Part shown: positions 14,040-27,752 of the stretch, piece by piece | Numbering within the stretch: the stretch's first letter is position 1 | Layout: every line of letters starts with the position of its first letter | Assembly: GCA_015680685.1 (NCBI GenBank) | Contig: MNCI01001832.1 | Location: 67,404 to 131,403, forward strand | Direction: 5' to 3' | DNA: 64,000 bases | Origin: Gnetum montanum | Taxonomy: Eukaryota > Plantae > Gnetophyta | The notes under the pieces: generated by a model | The model's input: only the letters and a program-made list of their open reading frames with translations | Told to the model about the DNA's origin: nothing | The model's database searches: none | Translations under genes and position numbers: made by a program

Positions 14040-17000
14040 TGAGACAACCAAAGATAACAATCCAAGGATGGTGTTAAGGGGCCACTAGAAGAGGCTAAGG
14101 AGCATTTTAGTCTTCATCACTAGGGTCGTCAATGTCACCTGGTACCTGTACCACAACAAAACACAAGTTTAACCAATCAACAAAGTATGAAGCTGAATTA
14201 CAAACTATAAATTAAATCAAACTAAAATGAAATGTGTTAAAGTACAAATAAAATAAGAAAACCTAGGAGGGCTTGGGTGCAACATCTTCTGGTGGGAGAT
14301 TTTGAAAGATAGCCTTCAAATGATGGAGGATTTTTTTTGTAGTCATTTGGGCCCAGTCCACCTCCCCTAGATTCATACCTATCAAGATGTTGCTTTCATC
14401 AATATCAGTCCATGTCAATGGAAGCCATGAAAAGTTCCTAGTAGTTACCTCCCCAAAAGTAGTAGAGACCTAAGGGAATGGCAAATCAGCAACAATTAGA
14501 GAACCTTCAAATAACTTGAAGACATCCTCCACTTGAATTCCCTTCACGAATAGCTCCAACTTGTGTCATTTCATGGACTCCTCCTTTAACCACTTAAGAT
14601 AGGCTTTATGTTCAGCCTTATATTTCTTCTTATGGTCTTTCTGTATCCAATCCCACTTAAGAACCTAGGCACAATAGTCTCTCCACTCCCTAACCTTATG
14701 CATTAATAAGTCTATATAGAGTTTCTACTCAACAACCTCTCTAGCAAGGGAAACCTTACCATGGATGGCATTCCAATATCATGTCCATTCAATCTCTTTA
14801 GTTCATAAGGAACTTTGATTGGACACTTGGATCTCCATAAATTCCTTATAATATTTGAGATCTCTATTCGCCTCAATGAGCTTTTTGTTTTTCCATTTCA
14901 ACATTACAACTCGTTCCCATAGGAACTCACTGGAACATTGGGTTTCCCATGAAATTTTGGTGCTTGAAAATGCATATTCAATGGCACTTTCCTACAACTT
15001 TCATGGAACATTCTCCACATCTGATGGTAATTTGGATAAGGCGTTGATCTCAACAAGGCAATTAGGATCCCATCTAAGCATAGGCACTAAAAACAACACA
15101 ACAAAACAAAAAAAAACAATGAGTGATTAAATAACCAAGAAAAAAATAACAAGTATAACAAATCAAAAAAATAAAATCATTTACACACTTAAAGCCTAAG
15201 TAATTTATAACTATGCAACCATGACAATGTTGACATAAAAATAAAACCAAAAACAAAAATGCTAATTCTTATCTTTCTTACTAGAGAAAGGTGGCATGGG
15301 GGCCTTAATGGGTATGTGGGAAAGATTTGATTTGTACCACAAACCATGTGTTATTCCATTAGCTACAAACTATTGGTAGGCATTGGAATAACATGTCATG
15401 TACTTGCCCAAGTCACCTCTTAGTTGTTCCACCACTACGCATCTCACTATGGGGCTTTTCGCAAAAACCTCCAACATTGTTTGGGCTAAGGGTAGGTGTT
15501 GGTCACTTTTGATGAATCCCTTATCATCCATCCTATACTTGCAAAGATACCAATTCAAGCAAGAAAAACCATTAAAGCCAAGTAACCTAATAAAACTAAT
15601 AAATAAAAATAGCAAAATGAAAACTTAAAGCCAAGCTTACCCTTCCACACAGTAGATAGTATCATGATGGTTTTAAAATAGCATGTGGGCTCGGTGACCA
15701 ACTAGTAGTGTGTTGTTAGCATTATACAAGTTGAACTTGGGCATGTTCCAAATCTTGGATAGCTTATGAGTGCCTCTTGTATAAGTTCCATCAAGAACTT
15801 CAACCTTCACATGTGTTCTAAGATCATCTTTAAGAAACTTGATGATCAAGTTGGAGGACCTAAGCAACAAAGTTTCAACAATGATAGTCATCATGTGAGA
15901 TGATAAGTGTGACCATACCATCACACTAAAGTTTTACAGTAGGAAGGCCAGAAACTCCTTTGCCCTTGATCTAAACCACAATGAGTCACACTCCAATGTC
16001 ATGTGTGTAGTTAGAGTGTGGGAGCTTGATGCATGAATGTAACAGAGTCTCCGCACCAGCTTAGAGACCAATAGGATGGGCTTGAGAAAAGTCTTGCACA
16101 TAAAAACAATAGTTAAAGACATAAATACCCATAACCAAATATTAGCAAGTGCTAAATAGCCAAAATAACTACAACTTCAAAACCAATGTTTTCATGAAAA
16201 CCAAACAACCAAATCCATAGTTTCAACACTTAGAACCAAAACCAAAACCAGAATCAACCAAGTGGTCCACTAACAACTTATGGCAGTTTTCATGGTAAGA
16301 TATACATAAAACATCATGAAAATTTTCATGTAGAAACATCAAAAACATGAAAACTAGCTTGTACCTACAACAAAAATCACAAAACACCAATTTGAATTTG
16401 CCAGAATTTTACTAGAAATCCTAGTTAATGGTAAGATTAGTCATAGTAAAAACTCTAAGAAGACTAGTTAAAATTTTCTAAAACTTCAAATGATTATTTA
16501 GAACCAAAATCAACATGTAAAAAACTTGTAAATCATTGAACATAACCATAAAAATACAACAACACTAACATTGCTCATATAGATAGGGAGGTTTGTAGTT
16601 TTCATAGCCAAAACTACAACTGTATGGAATAGTTTACAATGGGATGAAAATGACAAATTAGAACTAAAAAATTTTTCCCTAAGGCTAGGAATTGCGTGGG
16701 CACAAAATTCAAGAAAATTTAACATCTATGTTAAAATTCCAAGTTGGGAAAAATTTTTCAAACACAACCCAAAGCCTTAACAAAATTCAACAAAATTGCA
16801 TAAACAACCAAAAACTATAAAAAATAGCTACAATAGATAACTGATAAAAATCTTTAAACAAAAAAATTTAACTTGGCTAAAACCACTTCCAAACCCTCCC
16901 TAACATCTCAGAGCATCGCTAAGAACTTGGGACATTCACTGGAAAAATCTTTCAAGCTACCAACATTACCCCACCTTCACAGGGGTAAAACCGTGAAAAC

Positions 17001-17878
17001 CAAGAATCCATTTTGCGCAAGTTCACGAAAAAATTCACCAAAAATTAACCGTGTAACCAAACCTAATGATTCCATATCCATTTGAATCTTTAAACAATAA
17101 GATAAAAACCCAAACTAGAAAACACAAAAATTCTTAGCCATTTTTGTAGGAAAAAAATGCAAAAGTAACATAAACAAAACCATAACAACAAAACCCCACT
17201 TTGTGCAAGTTTAACCACACATTGGAATTTAGTGATTCCATAGCCATTGGAATCATTAAAATAAAAATCAAAATCAAAAACCTAAAAACTATAAAATTCT
17301 TAACCATTTTGACATAAAAAATACCAAAGTACCATGAAAAATATCCAAAAACTAAAAACCCACATTGAACTAGCTTACAGAAAAATCCATAAAGAATTCA
17401 CCCTAAGTCATAATCTGGTCGTTCAAAAATCCATTTTCCCATTAAACATAGTATTAGAAATTAATTTTCAGAAAAAACTAAATTTCTAAACTATTTGAAC
17501 ACAAAAAAATACAAAAGTGGTGTTGCTTTTTTGCCCAAAACTACAAAAAAACACATAGGAAAGACTGAAAAACTTTTTTAGTTCAATTTACACCAACCCC
17601 ACAACCAAAGCAACATTGAAAACCCATAAACATAGCCTAGATCTAATGTAGTAATTTTACCAAATTTAAATCTACCCAACAAAAAATTCCACACAACCAA
17701 AAATGCCTAGGATTCTAATGAAAATTCAAATAACATAATTAGGGTATGTGTACCTAGGAGTCATGGCGATATAACCTTAACAAATCAGTGGCTATGGGAG
17801 GTGGGAGAGGTTCTTAGTAGCTACATCCACCTCCTCTAGGGCTAGATTCTCACTGGTTGAAGCCTTCTTTTTCAACAT
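14040..17878 (-). pseudogene. Antisense multi-exon accessory gene inside the Tat element (unknown protein, disrupted)
   Basis: Coding-like blocks at ~17754-17878, ~15642-16090, ~15272-15538, ~14262-15072 and ~14040-14144. They are separated by minus-strand T-rich segments with donors GTACAC (~17753), GTAAGC (~15640) and GTTTTC (~14261) and acceptors TGCTTAG (~15073) and GGTACAG (~14145). Confidence 0.55.
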
Positions 17879-18499
17879 GCTAACGAATGATGCAAAAAAC
17901 TATTGAACTCCTTGAGTTTCTACGAGACCTTTTGGTAGCTATGTTGGTCTGTTAGTGTAGAATGGCTAGACTACACTAAGGATGAAGGCAATAAAGGTTG
18001 GAATAGGATTAGAGCTCTATTGCTATGCACTAAAGGATGGGAATGGTATGGCAAGAATGATTTGTACAAAATTGAAGCAAGAAAAACACTCCCAAACTTA
18101 TGTGCCTACCTTCAAAACCCTAGTTTTTCCAAACATTCATCTAAGTCACACCAAACTGCATGATAACAATTAGAAAGTGGTACTACAATGGGCAAGTGGA
18201 AAATTAATTCATGCAAAAATTCAAATTTAAGGTGGGCCCCACTAGGTGCCTATGTAACAAGCTAATGGAAATCCTAAAACACTTGGGTTTTCATCTTTTC
18301 ATAGTAACTACACTAGGGTTTTGAGCATCCAAAAGCCTTGAAGTGGATTCCAAAACCCAAATACTACTAAAACCCACATCCCAACCATCCATACATGTCA
18401 TGAAACCTTATGCCCAAATTGGAAAACCATGTGTTGACATTGGTAAAAATCAAACAACAAGCAAGGCCAAAACTCACACAAAAACTTGATATTTGGAGT

Positions 18500-20510
18500 A
18501 ACTATGATGACCAGCAACCTGACTACACTGGCCAATGTAGTCACAAGTGGGATGATGTCTACTACCATCAACCAAACTCCTGATTGACTCTAAAATTACC
18601 ACATCATGCACCAAACCCTAACCAAAGCTTCCAACAACTTTGAAATTTCATAAAATTGGTCAAAAAGCACCAAAAATCATTTTTCTTACATGGACTACAC
18701 TAGGGGAAACCTCAACTATGTAGTCCATATGTAGTTGATCAAGGAATGAACACCAAAATTCAAATATAACCTTCAAAATAACATATTTTTACCTCAACAC
18801 TTCTTTGGAACCTCTTATGCTCTTAAAATAACAAACAACTGATCACGAATAAGTCGAATTCCATCCCAAACCTATGACAAACATAGATGGGTATGGAAAG
18901 GATGACAAAGGCCAAAAATAGTAGTTAAAATACCTTAGACACCACACCTTCCCATAGCTCTTGGTAAGCCTAAAATGTTAAATAACCAAGTAAAAGGTAG
19001 ATGAAACCTACTATCATTTTGGTACTATGCTGGGGGTGACCTTAAATACATTAGCTAGTGTAGTTCCATCATAGTTGGATAAGATTAAATGACTAAAATC
19101 AAATAATAACCTCCAAATTTTCATATCTTACATTCACATCCTTCCAGGATATCCAATGATCTTGAAATGCCAAGTAGTGGAACCAAATTCATCCAAAACA
19201 CACAGGAAACCTATGACTACACTGGAGAAGCCTAGGACTATGCTAACTAGCATAGTCCCAGTGTAGTCATCATGTGAAAACATAACCAAAACATACATGA
19301 AACCTATGACTATACTACAGAAGCCTAGGACTATGTTAACTAGCATAGTCCTAGTGTAGTCATCATGTGAAAACATAAAAATAGGTCACCAACATGTCAA
19401 ACCAAATTTGAGAAGCATCATCTCAACTCTAAACCCTATCAAAGACTTTAGAGACCACTAACCCTACAGCTTGAGTTGAAAGATGACCAAAACTCAACAT
19501 GCTTCCTACATCTATGTTGGGACTACATTGGCTAGTGCAGTCCAATGGTGTATGACCATTTTGACATTCAAACGACCATCAAAACTAACCATTTTGAGGT
19601 TGAAACCCTAGTTTCAAACACTAGTAACTTAAATACCCAGAAACCCAGTTAATCGACCATTGAATTTCATAAAAATCTATTATTCATGTTATGAATATGC
19701 TAGAGGAGGCCTAAACTATGCTGGTTAGCATAGTCCTAGTGTATTCATGGTCCTATGAAGCATTAACCAATAGTTTGACACTTCAAATAGCCCAGAATCT
19801 AAATTGGAAATTCAAAACCTTGTTTAGCCCCTCCCAACTACAATTCCACCTTGTTTTAACCATGAAAACACTAGATTCCATTCATCTATGCTAGGGAAAG
19901 CATGGGACTATGTTGGCTAGTGTAGTCCCAACATAGTCCCTACCCCAAGGTGATTTAACCAACAGAATAGCACTTAGAATGGCTAAAAGGCTTGATTTTA
20001 GATGACTAGAACCTTGAAATCCTAGAGCTAGCTGTAATTTGACCTTGCTTAATCATGAAAAATCTAAATTTTGATTCACCTACACTAGAGCAATCCTCAA
20101 CTACGCTAGCTAACATAGTCATGAGATGTATGTGCTAAAACTTCACTCTTAGTAGCCTACTTTGATTTTCAAATGGTCTATTTTGTCTTTCCCATACCCT
20201 ATGTTTCCCTAGCAAGCTAATGAAATACCAACAGCAACTTTGGAATTTCATAAACCCATTTCTCACATGCATCTACATTGGAGCAGGCATGAACTACGCT
20301 AGCTAGTGTAGTCACTAGTTTTGACATCATTTCCAACTTCTAGAGGGTGAAAACAAAGTCAAAATGCACCAATCTTCAATGCCAATTTACTGCACTCATA
20401 ATATAGATCATCGAGGACTCAAAACTAGCCACAATTGAACTAGAAAATCACCTACTGGTGTTGACTACACTAGGGCCTATCCTGACTATGCTAGCCAGCG
20501 TAGTCCCTAG
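18500..20510. repeat. ~192-bp periodic array of palindrome GACTACGCTGGCCAGCGTAGTC (decayed)
   Basis: Palindrome starts at 19044, 19236, 19329 (after a 93-bp duplication), 19521, 19714, 19906, 20099, 20292 and 20484; also at 18521 and a partial copy at 18714. Confidence 0.85.
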
Positions 20511-21375
20511 TTCAGCCTAGCCTAGTCATCAAAGGTGCCATTTTTACCTTCAAATATTCCTAAAACAACTTCATTATATATCCAAACTCTTCTATAAGCC
20601 CTATAGACCCACACTATGTCCTACTAAGGTCTAAACCTAGCAACGTTTAGCTATATTTGATCAATTTGACCTTCATTTACCACATTTTTTCCACCCTAAC
20701 TGATTTGGCTTTGTTTCATGGTGTTTTGACTTATTTTGACATTGCAATGCATGGATGACTCTTAGAGATCATCAATTGACCTCATTCAACTTCTACTCCC
20801 TCCAATCTCATTAGATCCACCTTATTCTCTCTCTTGTGGCCTCCATTGATCTTGTTAGCCTTTGGTTCATGTTAGGTGATGTATTTTGACCATAATTTGA
20901 CACCATGTGACTCACTAAGGCCTAAAATTGGTAAGACCATGGCCCACTAAGGCCTAAAACTGGCAAAATCTAGCCCTGATTGACCAATATTAACCATGTT
21001 TTAGCATGTGTTTTACACCTTGATTGATTTAGCCTTGTTTCATTGTGCTTCAACTTATTTTGACCTTGTTTTCAATTGTTAACCTTCATTGTTCAACCTT
21101 TGTTTCATTTTTGTTCATTGGAGCATCACTTGGCTGCATTCCACCAAGTGTTCCCATCATTTGTCCTTCATTTGACCTTATGTAGCCTTTGTTTCATTTT
21201 ATTTGTCTTCACCTACCTCTTGTAGCCTTTGTTGATCTTTTTTGCACCATGTTTGACCATGAAATAGCATGTTTTGGCTTATCCATGCATAGTTGATAGA
21301 GTATTTTATATTATTTTGGCATTATTCACTCATTTTACCCAAGTGCCACTTAAGGTGCTTATGGTTGATATGCAG

Positions 21376-22300
21376 GATTGGAGTATGGATACTTGAAAGT
21401 AAATTAGTGTACCATTGAACCTAAGTGGACCTCATGATGAAGTTGAATGATTTATTAACCTTAATTTCCTAGATCTTGAGCCTAAGATTCTTTTCAAACA
21501 CATAGCATCAATAGAGAAACCTTTAGAATGGCCTAAAAACCTATTCAAAATCTTTGACCTTGAGGCTGGTGACATTACGAAGGACTCTCTAGTTGAGGTT
21601 CTTATCACGACACATAGTGATGAGGATAAAACACTAAAATTAAGTCTCTTGCTAGAACCTAAGTAGGATCAAGACATCACCAAGGTCCTCCAACACAATA
21701 TTAAGGTATTTTCCTAGTCATATGAAGATATGTTGGGTCTTGACCCATGCTTGGTGCAACATAGCATCATACTTGACAATAGTATCAAGCCAATGAAGCA
21801 AAAAGTGTCCATCTAGACCATAATGGTGAGGAGAAAACACATCAAACCAAGTTCTTTGCCACTATTTAAACCTACTTAAGACAACATCAAACCCTTATTA
21901 TACAACATCAAAGCCATCACATAGCCCTAATTACATCTAACATTCACATTTTTGCTCGTAGAGTTGTTTATTATTGATGATAGGTAGGGAGGAATGACCA
22001 ATGTTAATGACTCTAATGATCTACAATAAGTGAGCCAACATTCTTTTCTCTATCTCTTTTTTGCACAATAAATGGATTGAAAAACTTTGTAACTTCTATA
22101 AAGCAAGATGCAGATCCCTTTTGGGTGTATCAATTGTAACCTTCGGTGGTCTTGTTTGTTGATACTTTCATGTAGTCCTATGCATTATATTATGAAAACA
22201 TGCTCTCTTTGTCTTATTTTGATTATTCTCTTGGAGTTGTGCTTGCAAGATAAATCCTAAAGTCATTGTAAAGGTGCAATTCATTATGGCAGTAAGTCAT
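21376..22300 (+). pseudogene. Eroded pre-RT/RT relic of Tat element
   Basis: After a T-rich tract and tatgcag|g (~21375): ...KVLQHNIKVFS.SYEDMLGLDPCLVQHSIILDNSIKPMKQK, typical of Tat RT N-terminus. Later only faint traces (atcccttttggg resembling MPFG). Confidence 0.6.
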
Positions 22301-23059
22301 CATGTGACCTCAATGCACAAGATTTGGTGAATTTATCTTGTTGTACCAAGAGTGCTTGTTTTGTAATCCCATCATTACTCTTCTTAGAACCTAATCCTAC
22401 AACCTGATTGTGACCTTCATTACCTTAAATGATAATGGTAGCCTATGTTTTGACACTCACACATTATGGTCATTTAAAATCTTCTTCGTCATACTCCACC
22501 ATCAAGTCTACTAAATGTAACACATCTCATTCAATAGGAAAACCAAATCAAACTTAGCCTTGATAATGAAATCCTATGAAGGCTTCACTCCAAAAAAACA
22601 AAGGGAAAGTAAATTTCCAAGAATCTAAATAGTCAACAAGAATCAAAAGATAAACCAATGGCTCCAAACATGTAAGGGAGAAATCTAATGGCCAAAGAAA
22701 CCTTGGAGTGAGGTGTCGATCCCTCAAGAACATTATTAACTTTCCAACACTTCAAAACACGAAGCATAAAGCCTTAATCGATTGTGCAACATGTCAACAC
22801 CATATCATAATCATGATGTCAAGCTATGGAACTCATTGTTAATCCTCAAGACCATTTCTTTGTATAATAAATATAACCTACAAATTTTACCACCTCATCA
22901 TAACTTTATCCCCTTATCGCAATGAACGTTTTGGCATGGTTCAACACTATAGGATTAAGCATGAAGTAGAAATATTAGTGATGGGCTCATAGTGGTGTTT
23001 TGTATTCTTTGTTAATGTCTCTCGAGTTAATCCTCCAAAAATCAATAAAGAGGGACTAA

Positions 23060-24453
23060 TGAAACACCACTGAGAAAACACATGTTGTAACTTGTAACCT
23101 TCACTACCCAACTTGAGGTACGATCTTATTGTAAATGTAAGGTTTGTGGCCACTAAGCTGCAATCTTGCATAATTTAACTTTTTGGGGCTATAAAATGCC
23201 TCATAAGTTGCTATTGCCTCACTTCCCAAGTGGAAAAAGTGATGTTATGTATATATATGGGCTTGGAAAAGATAAAAATGCCTTGGAGATTGCCAAATTT
23301 GGCATTTTCATGGGTTTTTTTTGGGATATAGCCTTGACTACACTGAAACTACCTAACCCCATTGTAGATGGTTTTAGGTTTTTACTTTTCTAAAATAACC
23401 TAGCGTAGTCACACAAAAATCAACGTAGCTACACACATCGAACGTTGGAGTTGTTGGGTTTTCCATTTTCCTAGGAATGGACAACATAATCATGATAGTT
23501 TTTTAATGGTAGTAGCATGGCCACCATAGTCATCATGCATTTTTAGCAGCTATAGTATGGTCAACATAGTCACCATGACTCTAAAAAATTCCAACAAATG
23601 TCAACATAATCCTCTAAGGCCAACATAGTTGAGCTAAAGGCTAGCATAGTAACCAAAGTCCATTTACTATTGCTAGTATGTGGATGGGTTTTGATGACTT
23701 TGGTGTATCAATACTTACTATAAATGATCAACTATGCTAGAATCATAGCTATTACACTTGCAAATAAACATCAATCTATTAGTAATCATGGTAGAAATTT
23801 GCAGCCTTAAATCAACAATCTACAACCTATAAAAGCCAAACTTGAATACCTTAATCAAGTTTTGAAAACATTTTGTTCTATACATTTGCAACATAAAGCA
23901 TTTTACATTCATTTTGGCATTTGTAAGACTTTTGGAAGTAATTGGCATCTACTTGAGCACTAGAGACTCTCAACATAATCCCATTGCTACCAAAGTCAAA
24001 CACCATTTTTCATACCATTTCCACGCAAAGTTGCAAATTTGAGCAAAAATCAACAAGATGCATTCAACGGTTAAAGTTGGGAAGTACCTAGATTGTGGAG
24101 TTTAACTACAAAACACAACCTTCTAGCTCTAACAAGCTTCAAGATCCATCCAAGCTAGCTTCTTGTGCATTTAAGCACACAATCTGTACTTCTTGAACTT
24201 TACACCTTCATTCAATAAATCTTTCAGTTCATCTATACTACAAATTTAGTTTCAAGTTTAATTCTATGTTAATTTATTTTCATTAAAATCTATAATTTCA
24301 TTCCTATTTACATTTTCTAAGTCCCTAGGTGATTGACCAAACCATCCAAGGTACCTTGGATCTTGTGTCTTGAAGATCCTTAGGATCTAAGGTTAGGTTG
24401 TTCCCCCTAGAATTTTTTGGTTTTTATAGCAACTAAATTTTTTAGGAACAATA
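23060..24453 (+). repeat. 3' LTR of Tat-type element
   Basis: Preceded by PPT aataaagagggac, homologous to 1152-2544, and followed by TSD atatg. Confidence 0.88.
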
Positions 24454-24989
24454 ATATGTTATGTCAATTTTTGGGTATGTCAAAAATCAAATTAAGATAA
24501 AATTTTTTTATCTTAAGGATTTTCTAATGACTTTTTTAGTAGATATAATATTAAATTCTTGTAGGAACAAACTGCATTAGATACACTTAATCTTGTACTT
24601 TCTTTTCCATTTTTTTGACAAATCCTTTGATTGGTATCTATAGGGATGACTATGTCCCACCACATTGCATCTACAATGATGTATGTAGAGCTATGATATT
24701 GTAGCTACAATATTGTAGTAATGATATTGCAACCTCACATAGTAAAGGTTTTATCATACCCCCATGATTAACTCAAAACTCATTCTCAAGTTTAAAAAAC
24801 GTAGGATAGAGTTCTTTACAAATTTATGAGGTTATATACATACCTTGACATTATGACTTATATACATAACTATCTTTACTATGAATGTTGAATTGTGGTT
24901 TGAATGGTGTTTACAAAATTATCATGAAGCGCATGATTGACACATGATAAAAATAAGTTAAAATAAAATAAAACAAACAAAGTCCAATG

Positions 24990-27752
24990 TAGTCCTTATG
25001 TTCCAAGTAGTGGTGGCTCCTCCATCAACTTCATTTCCTTATCATCAAGCTTCTGAAGCTAAGACCTATTGAGTAATGCCTAGAGCTTCTCTTCCTTAGA
25101 TCTCAGATCATGTACCATTCAAAAAAATTTAGTAATGTTTACTAGAGTTGGTACTTCCCAAGGACACAACTTGGAAAACATCTTGTTGGATTCATAAACT
25201 ATCTTCATTTCTCTTTAAAATCCCTAGCCATTTTCCTCAATTCTTAATAATCAATCATTCTTCTAGCCAAGTTTGCTAATACATCCTGTTGATTCTAGTA
25301 GCTAGCTTTAACCACTTAGGGTTCAAAATTTGCTATGTGAAGCTTCTATTATGCATCCTTTCTACCTATAAACTCCTTCTCATACATTGTGTAAACTATG
25401 AACACTTGTTGCTTCAATTCTATTCTAGGCCTACCTTCTATTAACATGGCTAAGTTAGCATATCGAAGATTCACTAACCCCATGTACTTTATCAAATCTT
25501 TAATCTATAGGTCTTTATCCTTCTTTTTTAACTTTGTGTACATGGAAAAGACTGTCCAAGATGGACTGCCAATTAAGTATTTGTATTGTGATGGAGTTGA
25601 TTCTAGCTTTGGCCATCTAGATTTCTTTTTCATTGATTTACTTATACATTCCCACTTAATCTCTAAAGTGTTCCTTTAGCCATTCATGATTCTTAGCCTT
25701 ATTTTACCATGCATTAATCTCAATGGTTGATTTCTAGCATACAGCACCAACTTCTTCTATGGATAGGAATCTATTTCTTTTGGCCAATTTTCTAACGTCA
25801 AGGTTGATCCAAGAAAATTGCTCTCTTAGCTGATGGATGCTCTCTTCTAGCACATTCTTTTATTTCTCTCTGTCTATCAACCTTACATTCTCTACATCAA
25901 TTCTCTTGTTTTCTTCTTCAAGTGTAGTTAGGACTTTGACATGGGCATATACCACTAAAGCGTTTCATACCACCTTCTCTTTCTCCATCTCCATTTGGGC
26001 ATACTTGGCCACTAGTTGACCAATCTATTCATTCCTAAATTGATCTAGTTGGTTAGGCACAATGTATTTTGTAGGGTTTTTCCTATCTGCTCTCAATGTG
26101 GATAATTTCTTCTATAATATTTGCACTTAGTTTTTAGCATGCTACATTCTAGTTTTAGCCATGACTAGCTTATCCTTAGATGAGATTAGTTTTGAATGAA
26201 CTATAGTGATTTCACTAGGAATATCAAAGAGATTTTGCATAACTTTTTCTATTTGTAGTAGTTTGTCCAATATATCCTTGTGCTCTACTGAGGTCATTAA
26301 CATTCTAGCTATAGTTTTTACATCTCTTGCTCCAGTGATATCAGTCGGTGGCATAATGAGAATATTAAAGAATTCTTTTATATGATCAACGATGAATTCA
26401 GATACTCATGTTTCATCATAATATTGCATTACTACTACTGTGGCTCCTTCTCTTGTTTCCAACATCACCTATAAAGATGCAATGTTCCTAGATCTTTTTT
26501 GTGTTCAATGCTCATCTTCTCCTATTTGCAATGACACTTGACCACTTTCAAGTCCTATTGATATGGCAACATTATTGGAACTATCCTACACTCTATACAT
26601 GCTTGAGACCTCATGGCTTCCCCAACTTATTATCTCAGCAATCTGCTGCAAATGGCTCATTGAGGATCTATAATCATGTTATGCCAATGGAGCACTTTGT
26701 CCTAGTTTATTCATGGCTAGCGTTGATCCTCTAGGTCTTGCTTATTCCATTCCCATGACTGGGATGCTTCCTACCAATGTAGATCCTACTACTTCCTCAA
26801 TGCTTGCTATCTTCTCTACTTAATCTTTCTTTGGTGGCACTAGTTTAGAAATTTTAGCATAAGAGGGATTTTGGAATTTGTAGGGTACATCATTCATGTA
26901 GCCCAATATTCCTTCTTGTCAGCATAATCTTCTAATGAAACAAGGAAATGATAAAGTAAGTTTCATTGTCTTCTTTTCCTCGAATCTTCTTTGTATTTTC
27001 AAAAATAGTAGATGAGCTATATCAGCTTGGAATTTCCCCATCAAGATGGCTCTTCCTCTAGTAGCATAGGTGGAAAGTCCATTTAGTCTTTTTTTTCTTT
27101 TTGGGAATAGATGATATGTTTCAACCTTGAAGTATATTTTCTTAGCCATGGATAATCCACTATACTCTTTTTTCCTTGTTCCATAGGTTCTCTATATGCA
27201 TAATTTCCTTACCTTTATGTTGAACCTAGTAAACATTTGGGTAATTTAAGCTCTAACGATTGGAATATTTAGTCCCTTAGCTATTGCTTCAACTAACTAT
27301 GGCACTATGATCCCCTCTACTTTCACATTAACATCATCTTGTTTATTCTTTTAGACTTGGTAAACTTCTCCCAAGTACCATTCATTATTACTTAAGATGG
27401 TGGGTCATAAAGGAGAGGCTTGTAGCTATTCATGAACTTTGGTAAGAGAAGACTCCATAAATAGTCCAAAATTCAATTTTAGTATGACAATTGACACAAT
27501 GGACCTTTCCTATATGGCTTCAAGATACTCATTGGAGAGTGTAAGATGTTGTCCTTATTCTTAATCAGGCAATGCATCAGCTTCTACATACGTAGATTGT
27601 CTTGTTGTAGGTATGGGTTGATGGATGTTGTAGGATTGGGTCTCTTGCTCCATAGGAGAAGTCTGTTCTCAAGTTCTTCCTCTACCTCTTCCCCTAGGTC
27701 TTTTCTCTCTTATCTATGAAGGCCCTTCTACTTTGGGTCTTTTTGGAGGCAT
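24990..27752 (-). pseudogene. Athila accessory (ORF2/env-like) gene, disrupted
   Basis: Starts MPPKRPKVEGPS..REKRPRGRGRGR directly after a TTGTAG acceptor, with a coiled-coil-like C-terminal half. Homologous to 60741-63577 (REKRPR; YFKV/I..YHL.P; L.FPC.IR.LC). Confidence 0.7.

Larger units (their letters stand above)
1152..24453 (+). mobile_element. Tat-clade Ty3/gypsy LTR retrotransposon, degenerate and non-autonomous (~17 kb excluding nested copia)
   Basis: Direct repeats 1152-2544 and 23060-24453. TSD ATATG at 1147-1151 and 24454-24458. tRNA-Asn-type PBS, PPT aaagagggac before the 3' LTR, and gag/protease remnants. Confidence 0.88.

Noticed and set aside
18500-20510. CRISPR-like array (palindromic repeat with constant-length spacers)
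   Set aside because: Eukaryotic retrotransposon context, ~170-bp spacers with residual mutual similarity, degenerate repeats and no cas genes.
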